The notes under the pieces were generated by a model, which saw only the letters and a list, made by a program, of their open reading frames with translations, was not told the origin of the DNA and did no database searches. From NCBI GenBank assembly GCA_048213135.1, contig PS015122.1:127381-165092 (forward strand): a DNA stretch of 37,712 bases, written 5' to 3'. Numbering within the stretch: the first letter of the stretch is position 1; each line of letters begins with the position of its first letter. The position numbers and the translations under genes are program-made. The DNA comes from Reclinomonas americana ATCC 50394 (Eukaryota). Positions 11,201 to 23,900 of the stretch are shown piece by piece.

Positions 11201-13571
11201 CGCGGCCAGCTACCGAGAGGAGTCGCTGAGACGGGGCGTTTCCGAGCAGGGTACGTGTGTAGCCTTGTTTTGTCTGCTCCTTGCTCTTCAACTGACTGAC
11301 ACCTCCCACCAGTGAATGCACATATCGAGTCGACGGCGGCACGTCTGGCGTACGAGAGGGACAAGCTGCAGACGGAAAAGTCTCTGCGTGCCGCCGAGCT
11401 GGCCACACAGCAGCGGTGGGAGGAGGAGCACCGACGTCGCGAGGAGGAGTTGTTCCAGCGGCAGCTGGTGAACGATGTGGAGGCGCGCAAGCGTCGTCTG
11501 GAGACCGAGCACGACATGCTGGAGCATCAGCGGCGTGCGGAGGAAGAGGAGCGCATACGTTCACGAGACTTGCACCGCGAGCGCAAGGAACGCATGCTGT
11601 CGCTCGAGGAGCGCCTGCAGCGCAAGCGCGAGGTGGAGCTCAAGTTGCAGATGCACGAGCTCGACGCACAGGTGCGTGGCTACGCTCTCTGTCGCTTTTG
11701 TTGTGATGCATGACTCACATGAGTGTCTGCAGCTGCAACGCGACATGGCGGAGCGTGAGCGCCGTCTGCGTGAACTGGAGGACCGCCACTCACTGCTGAT
11801 GGATGAGGACGCCGAGCGGCGGCTGGAACTGGACCGCGCGCGCAGTCGTGCCGACGAGCTGGCGATGCAGGAGATCTCGGTCAAGGCCAGCGACCGTTTG
11901 CGAATTGAGGAGTCGGGCCGTGCACACGAATTCGACGAAGGTGCACGCCTGCTGGCCGAGCAAATGGAGAGGCAAAAGAAGGTGAGTTGTTGCAAAACAA
12001 GTGTGTTTGGAGGCGGAGAACGCACGCTGAACATCTGTGCGAGTCACAGAGGATTGCAGAGTTGGAGGTCCTGCGCAGCCGCGGTCGCATCCAGGAGGAG
12101 CTGCTGAGTCGCGTGCGCGCAGAGGAGGAGTCGGCGCTGCGCGAGGAGCGCCGTCTGCAACAAATGTTGTTGGAGATGGACAATGCTCGGCGGCAGGCGC
12201 GTGTCGACGAATGGGAGCTGGATGCACGAGAGCATGCCACCAAGGTACATGCAGATGATTTATACGATGGTGGTGAATTCATTGGCACTCATCTATCTAT
12301 CGCTGTTGCTCCATCACCAGAGTCAACTCGACCTGCAACGACAGCTGCACCAGACGGCAGATCAGATTTTGATCGAGGAACGCCAGCGCTTCAACGTGCT
12401 GCGCCAGCACCTGGACGAGCGCATGGAGGATGATCTGGCTGTGCACACCATTCGGCAGCCACGGCATCGACACGGCCACGTGGATGTCGGCAGCCCGGCC
12501 ACCGACGACGAGTTTGAGCGACCGCTGCGAGAGGCCGTACATGCTGCCGAGCGTGCACAACTGGAGCGTGATCGGTCGGACTTGGAGCGACGCCATCGCG
12601 AGTTCCTGGACCGCATCGATACTCTCGGACGGTCGCACACGCTTGGTCGCACCTCGGCGTCGGATCGCGACCGACCACGCATGGAGTCGCCGGCACCGCT
12701 GGTGGGCGGCAGCAGTTTCTCTGCCGAGCACCCTGCCCTGTCGGCCATTCGTGAGACGCTGCGACGCGAGTACGGCTCGGAAGTGTCGACGATGACCACA
12801 CCCTCCGGCACCGCCACACCCTCGTCGGGCGGCACCATGTCGTCGCCTTCGTTGACTCCGCCCTCCTCCTCCAGCAGCAACAGCAGCAGCACTACCAACA
12901 CCAGTCGCAGCGGATCGGGCAACGACCGCTCCACTCCCGGCAGCGGCAGCAGCAGCAGCAGCAGTGGCAGCGGTAACGATCGCGGACGAAGACGTGGAAC
13001 CGATTCTTCGTCGCCGTCACCACCGCCACCGCGCGTGATGGAACAGTTGGCGCGTCACTTTGCCGAGCGTCGCACCGCGACATCGCACTTGCTGGAGCGC
13101 ACCGCCGAAGCCGAATCGGCAGCCAGCCGCCGACAAGCAGCAGCAGCAGCAGAAGAAGAGGAGCAGCAGCAGCAGCAACAGGACTTGTCGCGTACCATGC
13201 GACGACCGGTCTCGTCCGGTCGCAGCGAGATGGTGGAGGCCTCGAGACGAAGGGTGAGTGTTGGTGACGGTGATGACGATGAAAGTGTGCACAAAGTTCA
13301 TATGTATGTGTGGTGACGAGTGCAGGCGAGTGCCGCCACAACCACAACCACCACAACGGCATCGTCGTCGTCCGTGTCGCGGAGAGCGACCGTCGGCGTC
13401 TCATCGTCCTCGTCGCTCATTTCGTCGACGGCCACCGAGTCGCACGACTCATACCTCAAGGACCTGCAAGCGGAGGCCTCCGACGTCATTCGCAAGCACC
13501 GGCACTCGCGAAGCATCCTGCAGGGCGCACCGGCAGGCGAGAGCACCATGACACGCGTGTCGCCGCCGTGA
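8252..13571 (+). CDS. TBC1D31: TBC1D31/WDR67-like protein: N-terminal WD40 repeats, long coiled coil, Ser-rich tail; multi-exon, spans an assembly gap
   Basis: LDSRGNVFSLYFEENRFALM and LVALRNLQVHLYN resemble TBC1D31 GDHQGNIYVFDLHGNRFNLV/LVALADYSIKCFD. FPPFHHYPQHVVDYHVKQRERLRREE resembles YPVFNQYPKFIVDYQTQERERIR. A WD repeat is visible (AFSSDGKLLAAGGKSTRLYVWE). Start is 8252, or possibly 8180. Confidence 0.8.
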
Positions 13572-13622
13572 GCACTCCGAGAGGAATTAGCGGCATGTAA
13601 AGAACTATCGTTGGCGTTGTTT

Positions 13623-14391
13623 TCACTTCATGCTCTCGTGCGTCGGCTCTCTACCATCGGCGGGATATGCCGCAGCTGCGGCGGCCTCGGATACCGTCTG
13701 CGCAACCCACCATGTCATTCACTGGGCAAGAACAAGGCGAACAACGAGAAGGTTACCTGCACGGCGAGAGGATCGACACCGGGAAGCGACGAGACGCGCA
13801 AGGCCAGAGAGCAACCAGAGCACATGAGCACTGTATCATCGATTGTACTTTGCCACCAGTGCTGCTGCTGCTGCTCCACCTCGCCATCAGAAGACGACGA
13901 GGACGAGGACGAAGATCGAGGAGACGAGGGCGCATCTTGCTCGGCCAACTCCTCTCTCCGCTCCTCCTCCTGCTCCGCACGCGCTGCTGCCTCCTTCAGC
14001 AAGTGCACTCGCTGCAGCTCATACGTCTCTCCACACCGACACGGCCACATCCACACCTCGTCCAGCGGATTCCACAGCATCTCATGCAAAAACACCTCCT
14101 CATTCGCCTCCAGCTCATCCGCCGACGGATCTGCACATGAGAAACATAAGCAACGCATCTACATAACGAGCAAGGAGGCGGGAAAGCAGCACCTCCCGCA
14201 GGCAGCGCATCGTCGCTGGTGAGCCGCAGATAGGCCTCGTGCAAACGTCGGAACTTAGCAGCTGGATCACTGCCGCTTGCATGCAATTGCCGATCAGGGT
14301 GCAAGTCGCGGGCAAGGCGGCGGTATGCTGAGCGGATCTCGGCCAGTGTGGCGGTGCGAGAGACGCCGAGAATGTCGTATGGTGATGACAT
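13623..14391 (-). CDS. DPH4: Diphthamide biosynthesis J-protein DPH4/DNAJC24 (J domain plus CSL zinc finger); exons 14391-14193, 14130-13757, 13697-13623
   Basis: J domain SPYDILGV...AYRRLARDLHPDR with intact HPD, followed by WPCRCG...CSGCSL. Exons join in frame (648 nt). Confidence 0.88.
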
Positions 14392-14466
14392 AAGTTCGAA
14401 GTTGGTGGTGGTGTCACTTGGGACACGATTTTCGCGCGCGATTTCGTGGTTCCTCACAAAAAAAAA

Positions 14467-14960
14467 GTGTGTGTTTGTGTGTGTGTGTGAAAGTGTGTGT
14501 GTGTGTGAGAGAGAGTGAGAGTGTGTGAGTGAGAGAGCGCAACAAGGAGGAGAAGAAAGGTGAGTGTGACAAATGTGTGACAAAAGTGTGTGTGAAAAGT
14601 GAGTGAGTGTGTGTGATGAGCATAGAAAGAGTGTGCGTGTGTGAGCGAGAGTGTGTGTAAGTGTGTGTGAGTGTGAGTGTGTATGAGGAACAAAATGTGA
14701 GAGCGTGAGAAAAAGTGAGTGAAAGTGTGAATGTGAGTGTGTGTATGAGTGTGTGAGTGAGTGAGTGTGTGTGTGTGTGAGAGAGAGGGAAAGAGAGAGA
14801 GAGAGACAAGTGTGTGAAGTGTATCCCATGTGTTTGAGAATGTGATTGAGAAAGTACGTGTCGCGATTTGGTTCTTTTTTCTCACACTCTTCTCTCACTC
14901 ACACTCACTCTCACTCACTCTCACTCTCTCTCACTCACTCACTCTCTTCACTCACTCACC
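14467..14960. repeat. Mixed GT/GA microsatellite followed by a complementary-type CA/CT tract in the divergent intergenic region
   Basis: Directly visible: GTGA/GAGT/GT-rich sequence at about 14467-14820, then CTCA/CACT-rich sequence at about 14880-14960. Confidence 0.85.
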
Positions 14961-14993
14961 CTCCCTCGACTCAGCACACAATCCGACAACAAT

Positions 14994-17037
14994 ATGTCCA
15001 CTCGGCCGTCTCGCAGTGCGGCGTCCAAATCAGCGGCCGGCGGCAACTCGCCGCACTGGACGCGCACTGCTGCCGGACGCCCGCTGAGTAAGCGCGCAGC
15101 GGCGGGAGACAGCGACGGCGACTTTGACGATGGAGCTGGAGGCGACGCGTCGTCTGGCCGTGCACGCTCGCAGGCGGGCGCACGACGCCCGTCGTATCCG
15201 CCTCCGGATCGAGGACGACTGGCGCAGGCGATTGTGACGGTGCTGCGCGAGGCTGCCGCGCCACTGACGATTGAGGAGATTGTGGAGCGCGTGCACGCGC
15301 ACGATACCGGGCTCACCACCAAGGCGCACCAGCTACACGCGTTCCTGGGGCGCGATATTGCCTCCAAGGGCACTGGCTCGGTGTTCCATCGAGTGGTCCC
15401 CGGTGTGTTTTCGCTCCGTGAACTCGGTCCGGTGTCGGACGACGTTCGCGAGGCGTGCTTGGAGCGCGCCAAGAATCGCCCCAAGCACGGCGGCGCTCGC
15501 GTCAAGGTCATCGACGTCATTCAGCAACTGATCCTCGCCGCCGGTCATCCTCTGACGGTCGAGCAGGTGCGCATTGCACGTCATCCATCCTCTATATGTT
15601 ATCATTACTTTGTGAGCCTCCCTCACACTCTTGGACGACTGCAGATTGCGTCGCAGCTGCGTTCGCGCGAGGACGGTGGCATCAGTGTGGACACGGCCGA
15701 TCACCAGGTGCACGCACTGATCGCCCGCGACATCTCCAACAAAGGCTCCGGCTCGGTGTTTGTGCGCGTGGCCAATGGCGTGTTCACGGTGCCAAGTGTG
15801 GGCGTGCCGCCCGATTATGTCGTTCCCCGTGCGACGTACACCGCCCCATCCTCGTCGTCCTCCACCACGGCAGCAGCAGGGGCGGCGGCGGCGTCGGGTG
15901 ATCGCGTTGTGGCGTCGCCAAGCGGTGTCGCCAGTCGATCGCTGCAGCCCAACCTGACGTCGCTGGTGCGCTGCATCTTGCGGCAAACCGACGATNNNNN
16001 NNNNNNNNNNNNNNNNNNNNNNNNNNNNNNNNNNNNNNNNNNNNNNNNNNNNNNNNNNNNNNNNNNNNNNNNNNNNNNNNNNNNNNNNNNNNNNNNNNNN
16101 NNNNNNNNNNNNNNNNNNNNNNNNNNNNNNNNNNNNNNNNNNNNNNNNNNNNNNNNNNNNNNNNNNNNNNNNNNNNNNGGAGGAGGAGAAGACGACGAAC
16201 AAGGACGAAGCGCCGAGTGGTGATGCGACCGACGACGACCATGCCATGGAGCACGCGAATGGCCATCGGCGACACGATGATGCTGATGACGACGGCGACG
16301 ACGACGTTGCTGGTGGTGGTGGCGGTCCACAACCAGCGGCCCCTGTGGCGGTCGCGGACCACTCGATGTCGAGTGCCGCGAGTGGTGGCGGCAACGGCAA
16401 CGGCAACAGCGGTGATGGCAGCAGCAGTGGTGGTGGTGGTGGAGAGGGTACTGGAGCGAGCGGTAACGGTGGCCAGCAAGAGAGCAGCAAGACGACGGCT
16501 GCGGCCGTACAGATGGGATTCGGTGGTGCCAACGAGTTCACTCCTGTGCGCCTGGCGCTGCTTCCCGGTGGCCACCTCAGCCACGCACGTTCCGCCGTGA
16601 CTCTGACGCCAGACATGCACACGGAGGTGGAGGAGAGCGAAGACGACTCGGAGGCCATGATGGCGTTGGACGGCGACGGCATTGGTGCGCTGAAAGCGAG
16701 ACCGGCAATCAAAGGGTACGTGTACTGGCGACACAATGCATCGATGCCCACGCATTGTCTGACATCGTTGTCTGTGTAGTGTTCGCTCTTCTTCCACCGG
16801 GGCTGCTGCTGCGGCAGCGGCGGCGGCGGTGGCGGCTGCTACCACTGCGGCCAGTGTGGGTGCAATGGTCCGCGATAATACCGAATGCGAACATGCTCTC
16901 ACTCTGTTGCAGTTGTCGGGGTGCGTAAAAAACAACGCACGTCAGCGTGACATTTTCGTGCAGACTGACTGAATTGTCTTCTCCGCAGGTTTGCCAACAC
17001 CTCGTCGTCACTTTCGCGGTTACCCTCCATGTCGTGA
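14994..17037 (+). CDS. Protein with tandem HARE-HTH (HB1/ASXL/restriction endonuclease winged-HTH) domains and a low-complexity C-terminus; spans a gap
   Basis: Two clear internal repeats: LAQAIVTVLREAAAPLTIEEIVERV...FLGRDIASKGTGSVFHRVVPGVFSL and VIDVIQQLILAAGHPLTVEQIASQL...LIARDISNKGSGSVFVRVANGVFTV. A third (LTSLVRCILRQTDD) is cut by N. Downstream exons splice in frame to TGA at 17035-17037; their linkage across the gap is inferred. Confidence 0.75.
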
Positions 17038-17253
17038 GAACGCAGTTCCGGAGATGGTGGTTGCAAGTTGTATGGTGTTGCTGTTTATCAGTGTCGTTTC
17101 CTTTTCGATTCAATGTGGCGTGCGACCCGCACAATGTAAAAACAGAAAGAATGAACGATCAAATGTCGGAGCGCGTGTCGTTAGTGGGCACACTTTGTGT
17201 TGGAATTGATTGGTGCATTCATTCATTCAAGAATAACGAAACAACTACTAGAT

Positions 17254-20105
17254 TCAGTTGACGACTTCTATCGTCGAGGCGAGATTAACACCCTCACCGC
17301 CGTCACCAGTATTGAGCAGGCGTGATTGACCTGCATTCGACATCCGTGCTGCTTGTGAGGGGCCGTGCGACGAGGAGCCGCCGCTGCTGTCGCCGACTAC
17401 GTCCGGCTCACTGGAGCCAATAGGAGGCAGCACGTCCACGGCCGACATGTGACGCGGTCGGGTGCCACTGCCGCTTGCGCCTTCGCGGCCCTTGGTGGGC
17501 GACGAGCTGATGGCTCGCCCGGTCGGCTTGCGGCCCTTGCCGGAAGGAGAATTCTGCAGCGCGCACGCACACACATACAATAAACGTGAGTGACAACCAC
17601 GCTGCTCGTACCGCCTAACAAAAAAACGACACACCGAGGAGGGGGAGCCGGTGCCGTATGGCGAGTGAGCCAGACGGGCCAATTGCGCGCCCGGATGGAT
17701 CAGTTGGGGATCCTGCAAGTGCGGTGGTTTCATGGATTCGAGTCGTGACTTGCGCGCCGCCATGCTGTCGTTCAGTGCTTTCAACATCATGAGGTCCGTG
17801 TTGATGCTGGCGTCCTGTGAGTGGGTGTGAGGAAAAGGTACATGGAGGGAAGGGTGGGTGAAGGGAGCGGGGAGGGGGAAGCGAGAGGGTGCAGGGAATG
17901 GATGGGAAACGAGAAAGGAGAGACGAGGGGGAGTGACGAGGGGGGAGTGACGAGGGGGAGTGACGAGGGCGGAGAGTGGGACGAGAGGGAGGTGGACGAG
18001 AGGGGAGTGACGAGGAGGGAGAGGACGGAGGAGGGGAGGTAGGACGGAGGGGGAGTAGGACGAGGGGGACGTAGGAACGGAGGGGGTAGTAGGGAACGGA
18101 CGGGGGGAGTAGGGACGGAGGGGGAGTGGACGNNNNNNNNNNNNNNNNNNNNGAGAGACGAGGGGGGAGTGACGAGGGGGGAGAGACGAGGGGGGAGAGA
18201 CGAGGGGGGAGAGACGAAGGGGGATGAGAGAGGGCGAAGGGAAAGGGTGGGAGAGAAGAGGGGGGAGAGACGAGGTTCAGAGAAGGGTCACTGGCAATGA
18301 GAGTCACGCACCACCGCCTCGAGGCTTTCAAGCACCGCCAGTTTTGGAAGTGGGTCTGGAAGCAGCAGCATGGGGAGAAGGCTGGGATCCATGTGGGTGG
18401 TGGGATCGCGGCTTGAACTGGGAGTGAGAGGAGAGACAAAGTGAGTGAAGATGAAGGCACATACTGCGTGGCTGCACACATGAAGGGTGCGATGGCTCAC
18501 TATCCACTGAGGTCACGGGTTGTCTCTCTCTTTTTTTTTCTTCGTGCACGTTTGTCTCAAGTCTCTGTTCCTTGCTGCCCCTTTCGCTTCCACTCACCGT
18601 AACCGCTGTGCGTGTGTTGCCGTGCGCGTCCTAGTCGCCGATAATGAACGGACTTGCCTCTCGGCTCCCGGCGGGAGGGCGAGACTCCCCAGATCTGCCA
18701 GTTGCTCCAATGTCACTCCGGGCTGTGACGGTGGTGGTGGCGGTGATGACAACCCGCTACCACTGCCACCAGCAGCTCCGCTACCACCACCTGCCATGGT
18801 TGCCGCAGGCGTTACACTGGGCGACAAGACGGACTGCGATTGGGGGGATGAGCGAACAACACAGAGCGGGAAATACCATGGTCGACCCACACAACACACC
18901 ACTTCGGCCTCGCGCTGCTGCAGCTCTTTGCGCAGCTTGGCGAGCTGCCGTTCCAACCCCTTGATCTGCTGCTCAATGTCGGCAGCACCCTCGTGAGCTC
19001 GCGTCTGTTCTCTCGCGCGCACCACGGCGCCGTGCATGCGGTCCAGGCGATTGCGCAGTTCCACATTCAGGGCTTCCGAGGCGGCGAGTTTCTCCCGCAG
19101 CTCCTTCTGCTTGCCGACCACTGATCGCGCCTCGGTGCGCAGCTGCGTGAGCTGCTGGTGGACCTCGGAGTATTGCGTCTCTGATCGTGCAGAAAGAAAG
19201 CGGTGGGCGGAGAGGCATGCATGACAGAAAAAGCAAGCGAGGGGCGACACCGCACCGTACTTGGCCTTATCGGTCTCCAGCTGCGCTCTCAGTTCGTCCA
19301 CCTGCGTCTGCGAGTGCATCCGTTCCACCGTCAGCTGCTCCTTCAGCTTGGCCACGAGTCGAGTGGCAGTGACACGCTGCACGAGACGAGACACAGATCA
19401 GCAACAAATATCCACATCGTCAGTGAGAGTAGTGACAAGAACGACGCAACATCCTCCAGCAACGTGGCCACCTCTGTCGCCGTCATGCCCTGCGCTCGAC
19501 GCTGCGCCAGCTCCGCGTCGGAGAGACTGACAGCGGTCGGATCGAGATTGCGATCGCGGATGAACGATTCAAGCTCGTCAACGCGCCTGACGAAGGGACA
19601 GGAAGGAGAGAGACCAGCAGTCAGCTCGTGAGCCGCGGGCGATCGTTGCGTTCTTTCTTTCTTCAGTCTCCTCACTTATCCTTCCCTCGAGCGATCACCT
19701 TCTCTCTCTCTTCCCTCGAGCGATCTCTCTCTCTCTGCTTGTGACCCACCTTGCCAGCTCATTGGCTCTCTTCTCCTCCGCATCAGCTCGACTGCGCTCC
19801 GCCTGCAGCTTCTCTGTCAAACGACCGACTCGATCGTCCTGTCCGATTCCGCCGCCACTGCTCTGCTTCCCACTCGTCACTGCGCGTCGTCCGGTGACTG
19901 CACTGGCGGACGGAGGCACTGCCGTTGTTGTTGCTGATGTTGCTGTCTTGTGCCGAGTTGCGACACTGTGTGTGAATCACGGAGAGCAGTTTAGAATGAC
20001 GTGTCCGCTCAGTGTGTGAGTGTGTGTGATCGTTGGGTTGTGAGTATGTGTATGTGAGAGAGGAGGACGAAACTCGGCAGAGCTGGCGTCGCCACCGCCA
20101 ATCAT
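17254..20105 (-). CDS. Uncharacterised multi-exon coiled-coil protein
   Basis: Phase-compatible exons: MIGGGDASSAD-VATRHK...RLTEKLQAERSRADAEEKRANELAR-RVDELESFIRDR...RLVAKLKEQLTVER...DIEQQIKGLERQLAKLRKELQQREAE...DASINTDLMMLKALNDSM...IEVVN*. No family recognised. Confidence 0.7.
17850..18275. repeat. Purine-rich GACGAGGGGG(G)AGT/AGA-type minisatellite in an intron
   Basis: Units such as gacgagggggagt and gacgagggggaga repeat around a 20-N gap. Confidence 0.8.
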
Positions 20106-20470
20106 CGGCGGAGAGAGCGCGTGCGTGCTGAGGGTCGACGAGTGTCTGAAAGCGCGGTGCTGTTTGTCCCGAATTCGCAACAAAACGTCGACGAAGGCGG
20201 CATGCTCCCCCATTTTGCTGCAGCTCATGAGCATCCTGGTCCGCGGTCGATGAAATCCTCCTGTTAGCCCAAAGAGCGAAAGATCGCAGTTCTCGATTTG
20301 CAATTGTTCGAAGTTCCGGTCGTGCAAGTGTCTACCCTCAAGACTGGTGCTTGTGCTGATGTGCTGGATACACGCATGCCTGGACTTTGGCATCAAGACA
20401 GCTGATGCTTGTTTGGTGAATTCGTCCGCAGGTCGTCCCACCACCACTTCACATCCAACTTGGCGCCAAA

Positions 20471-20937
20471 ATGGCCTTGATCCCGGCCTCTGTGCTGGCC
20501 GTGGCCGCCGGCCTGATCCTTCTTGTCGCCGCCGCACACCTCTTCAACACATACCTCAGCCCGTTGCTATTCGGTCGCCGCACTCGCCCTCTGCCTCCTC
20601 CACCTCTCCCGCGCTCTCCCGGCGCCAACAAGACCGCCGACATGTCGTCGCCCTCGTCGCCCTCTCGCCGTCAGCGCATCATTCAGCTCGTTGAAGAGGC
20701 TGATGATAACGTCGATGCATCAGTGGCGGCGGCAGGAACGCCACTGATGCACTCGCGAGACGAGGAGGCGACTGGTGCACCGCTGACGTGCTCGGCGTCG
20801 CCACCGCCCTCTGCGCTTGTCACTACTCCGCTGGGCAGTGAGCGGTTGCGCAGGAGACCGGTGCCTGCAAAGGCGGAGACTGCGGCGGCAAAGGCGGAGA
20901 GTGTGGTCACATTGGGTGAGTGGTGTGCACACACACA

Positions 20938-20988
<51 letters not shown>

Positions 20989-23900
20989 NNNNNNNNNNNN
21001 NNNNNNNNNNNNNNNNNNNNNNNNNNNNNNNNNNNNNNNNNNNNNNNNNNNNNNNNNNNNNNNNNNNNNNNNNNNNNNNNNNNNNNNNNNNNNNNNNNNN
21101 NNNNNNNNNNNNNNNNNNNNNNNNNNNNNNNNNNNNNNNNNNNNNNNNNNNNNNNNNNNNNNNNNNNNNNNNNNNNNNNNNNNNNNNNNNNNNNNNNNNN
21201 NNNNNNNNNNNNNNNNNNNNNNNNNNNNNNNNNNNNNNNNNNNNNNNNNNNNNNNNNNNNNNNNTGTGCTCTCATCTCATCTCTCCCACTTCTCTCCCTT
21301 GTCTTCCTCCCTCTCCCTCGTTCTCCCTTCCTCTCCCTCTCCATTTCTCTTCTTCTTCTTCTTCGTCTTCTTGTTCTTCTTCTTCTTGTTCTTGTTCTTG
21401 TTTTTCTCCTTCTTCTTCTTCTGCTTCGTCTTGTTCTTCTTCTTGTTCTTCATCTTGTTCTTCTTCTTCTAGTTCTTCGTGTTCTTCTTCTTCTTCTTGT
21501 TGTTCTTGTTCTTGTTCTTTTTCTTGTTCTTCTTCTTCGTCTTCTTCTTCGTCTTCGTCTTCTTCTTCTTCCTCTTCTTCTTCTTCTTGTTCTTCTTCTT
21601 CTTCTCCTCCTTCTTCTTCTTCTTCTTCTTCTTCTTCTTCTGCTTCCTCTCGTTCTCCTTCTTCTTGTTCTCCTTCCTCTTCTTCCTCTCCCTTCCTCTC
21701 CGTCAGTCTTCTTCTTCATCTTCTTCTTCTTCTCTCCTCTCCTCTCCATTCCTCTCCTTCTCCCTTCTCTCTCCCTTCTCCATCTCCTTTCCTCTCCTTT
21801 CCTATCCTCTCCCTCATCTCTCCCCCTTNNNNNNNNNNNNNNNNNNNNNNNNNNNNNNNNNNNNNNNNNNNNNNNNNNNNNNNNNNNNNNNNNNNNNNNN
21901 NNNNNNNNNNNNNNNNNNNNNNNNNNNNNNNNNNNNNNNNNNNNNNNNNNNNNNNNNNNNNNNNNNNNNNNNNNNNNNNNNNNNNNNNNNNNNNNNNNNN
22001 NNNNNNNNNNNNNNNNNNNNNNNNNNNNNNNNNNNNNNNNNNNNNNNNNNNNNNNNNNNNNNNNNNNNNNNNNNNNNNNNNNNNNNNNNNNNNNNNNNNN
22101 NNNNNNNNNNNNNNNNNNNNNNNNNNNNNNNNNNNNNNNNNNNNNNNNNNNNNNNNNNNNNNNNNNNNNNNNNNNNNNNNNNNNNNNNNNNNNNNNNNNN
22201 NNNNNNNNNNNNNNNNNNNNNNNNNNNNNNNNNNNNNNNCTCTCTTTCCCTCTCTCTCTTTGCTCATCTCCTCACCTTTGTGAATCACAGCCGAACCACT
22301 TGTCTCTGCATCATCGCTGCCTGTGCGCGTTTCCAACTCCACCGAGGCGCTGTCGACACTGGCCTCTCGTCGTCAGCCCCCACCTCCACTGCCGATTACG
22401 GCTGCTGTGGATGCTGGCATGTCGTCACCGACGGCCGCGCACCGTCGCTTTGCGCAGTCGCCGACGGTCGGCGAGTCGGATGTGCGATCGCCGTGCCGGT
22501 CGGCGCTCAAGTGCGCCACTCGTGTCAAGCAGTCGATGGTCGCCAAGACGCTCATTGACGAGATTGCGCATGGTCGATGGGACAAGTGAGTCGCCTTGGT
22601 TGGATGCCTCTTTCTCTTGCCGTCGTCTCCTCCTCACCCACTCACCCACCTCCCCACCGCAGCGCCCTCACCATTCTCCACGACGGCGAGTTGGTCTCCT
22701 GCACGAGTGCCAGCGACTGGGAAACGATTGTCGACGCCTGTGTCAAGTGCACCACTGGCACCGAGCAGGGTGATATGTTGCTGGCCGCCGACGACCAGGG
22801 CGAGGGTGAGGCCGCCCGGCAACTGGTCAACGGCCTGTGTGCCCGGCGATGCATGGAGTTTTCGCGCTCGCTGACCGCCTTTGGTGCCTGGCGTGACATT
22901 GGTGTTGCTGCTCTGTTGGGTGGTGGTGGCGGCGATGGCTCGTCGGCCTTTGACGATTTGCCCACCGTGGGCGGCGGGCACGATAGCGACGACGGGAGTA
23001 TGGGCTCTGCGGACTCAACTGCTGCGCTCGAGTCTTCGGTGCGCGTCCCTGCCCGTGTTTTTTGGCAACTCGCCTCTGACTGCGCATGCGATCCTGCACA
23101 CGCACACAGTGCCTGCGCATGTACGAGTTGCTCCTCACTCCCGCCCCGGTGTCTGTCGACGAGCAGCGTGCGAAAACTACCGAAATCGGCGAACTCTTTG
23201 TTGGTGCGTGCGCTCGCACTTTGTGTGCACTTTTTTGTTTTCGACTGACTGACATTGTGTGCGCAGATTTGTGTCAGCGAGTGTGCGCGTTGGGTGCTCT
23301 GCATCGACCACCGTGTGAAAAGGCTGCGGACCGCGAGCACACACTATTCCAGCTGGGTACCGTACTGGAGACGCTGCGTTTTGTGCTGCGCTACGCCGTG
23401 GTGCCGTGGGTCGCTGGCCGTCATGCACAGCGCGATGTGCTGGAGGTGACGGCGAATTATGCGTCGACCGTGCTCTCTCCTGGCACGCCAATGCCTGTCG
23501 CCGCCAACAACGAGGGTATCGAACAGTACTTTTCCAGCCGCCAGTTGCACATTCTCTACTGCGATGTGCATCGCGTGCTGAGCCACCGTCACACGAAGCT
23601 GTCGGAGTATGCCCGTATTCTCCGTCAGCTGAGACCGGTCGACGACAGCGCTGTGGTTAGTCGAGTGTTGTGAGAGTGAGCTATTGGTGTGCGATTGTTG
23701 ACACTGGTGTGTGTGTGTGCCAGGAGGATGGTGAATCCGTGTTTGACCGTCGGAGGAGAATCGATGTTGCGTTCTGTGCGCCTTCCGTTGTTGTGACCTT
23801 CCGTTGTTCATCTCTCGCGACGCACAGGAAGTGGCACGCACACTGGCCCTTGTCGAGGTCGCCTGTTTCGACGTGCAGTGGGACACGGCACTGGTGTACC

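Noticed and set aside
20817-22773. Long ORFs of poly-S/L/F/R and ORFs running through N gaps (also 1020-2657, 30155-32887, 34820-35430)
   Set aside because: They are translations of microsatellites and N runs inside introns or spacers.
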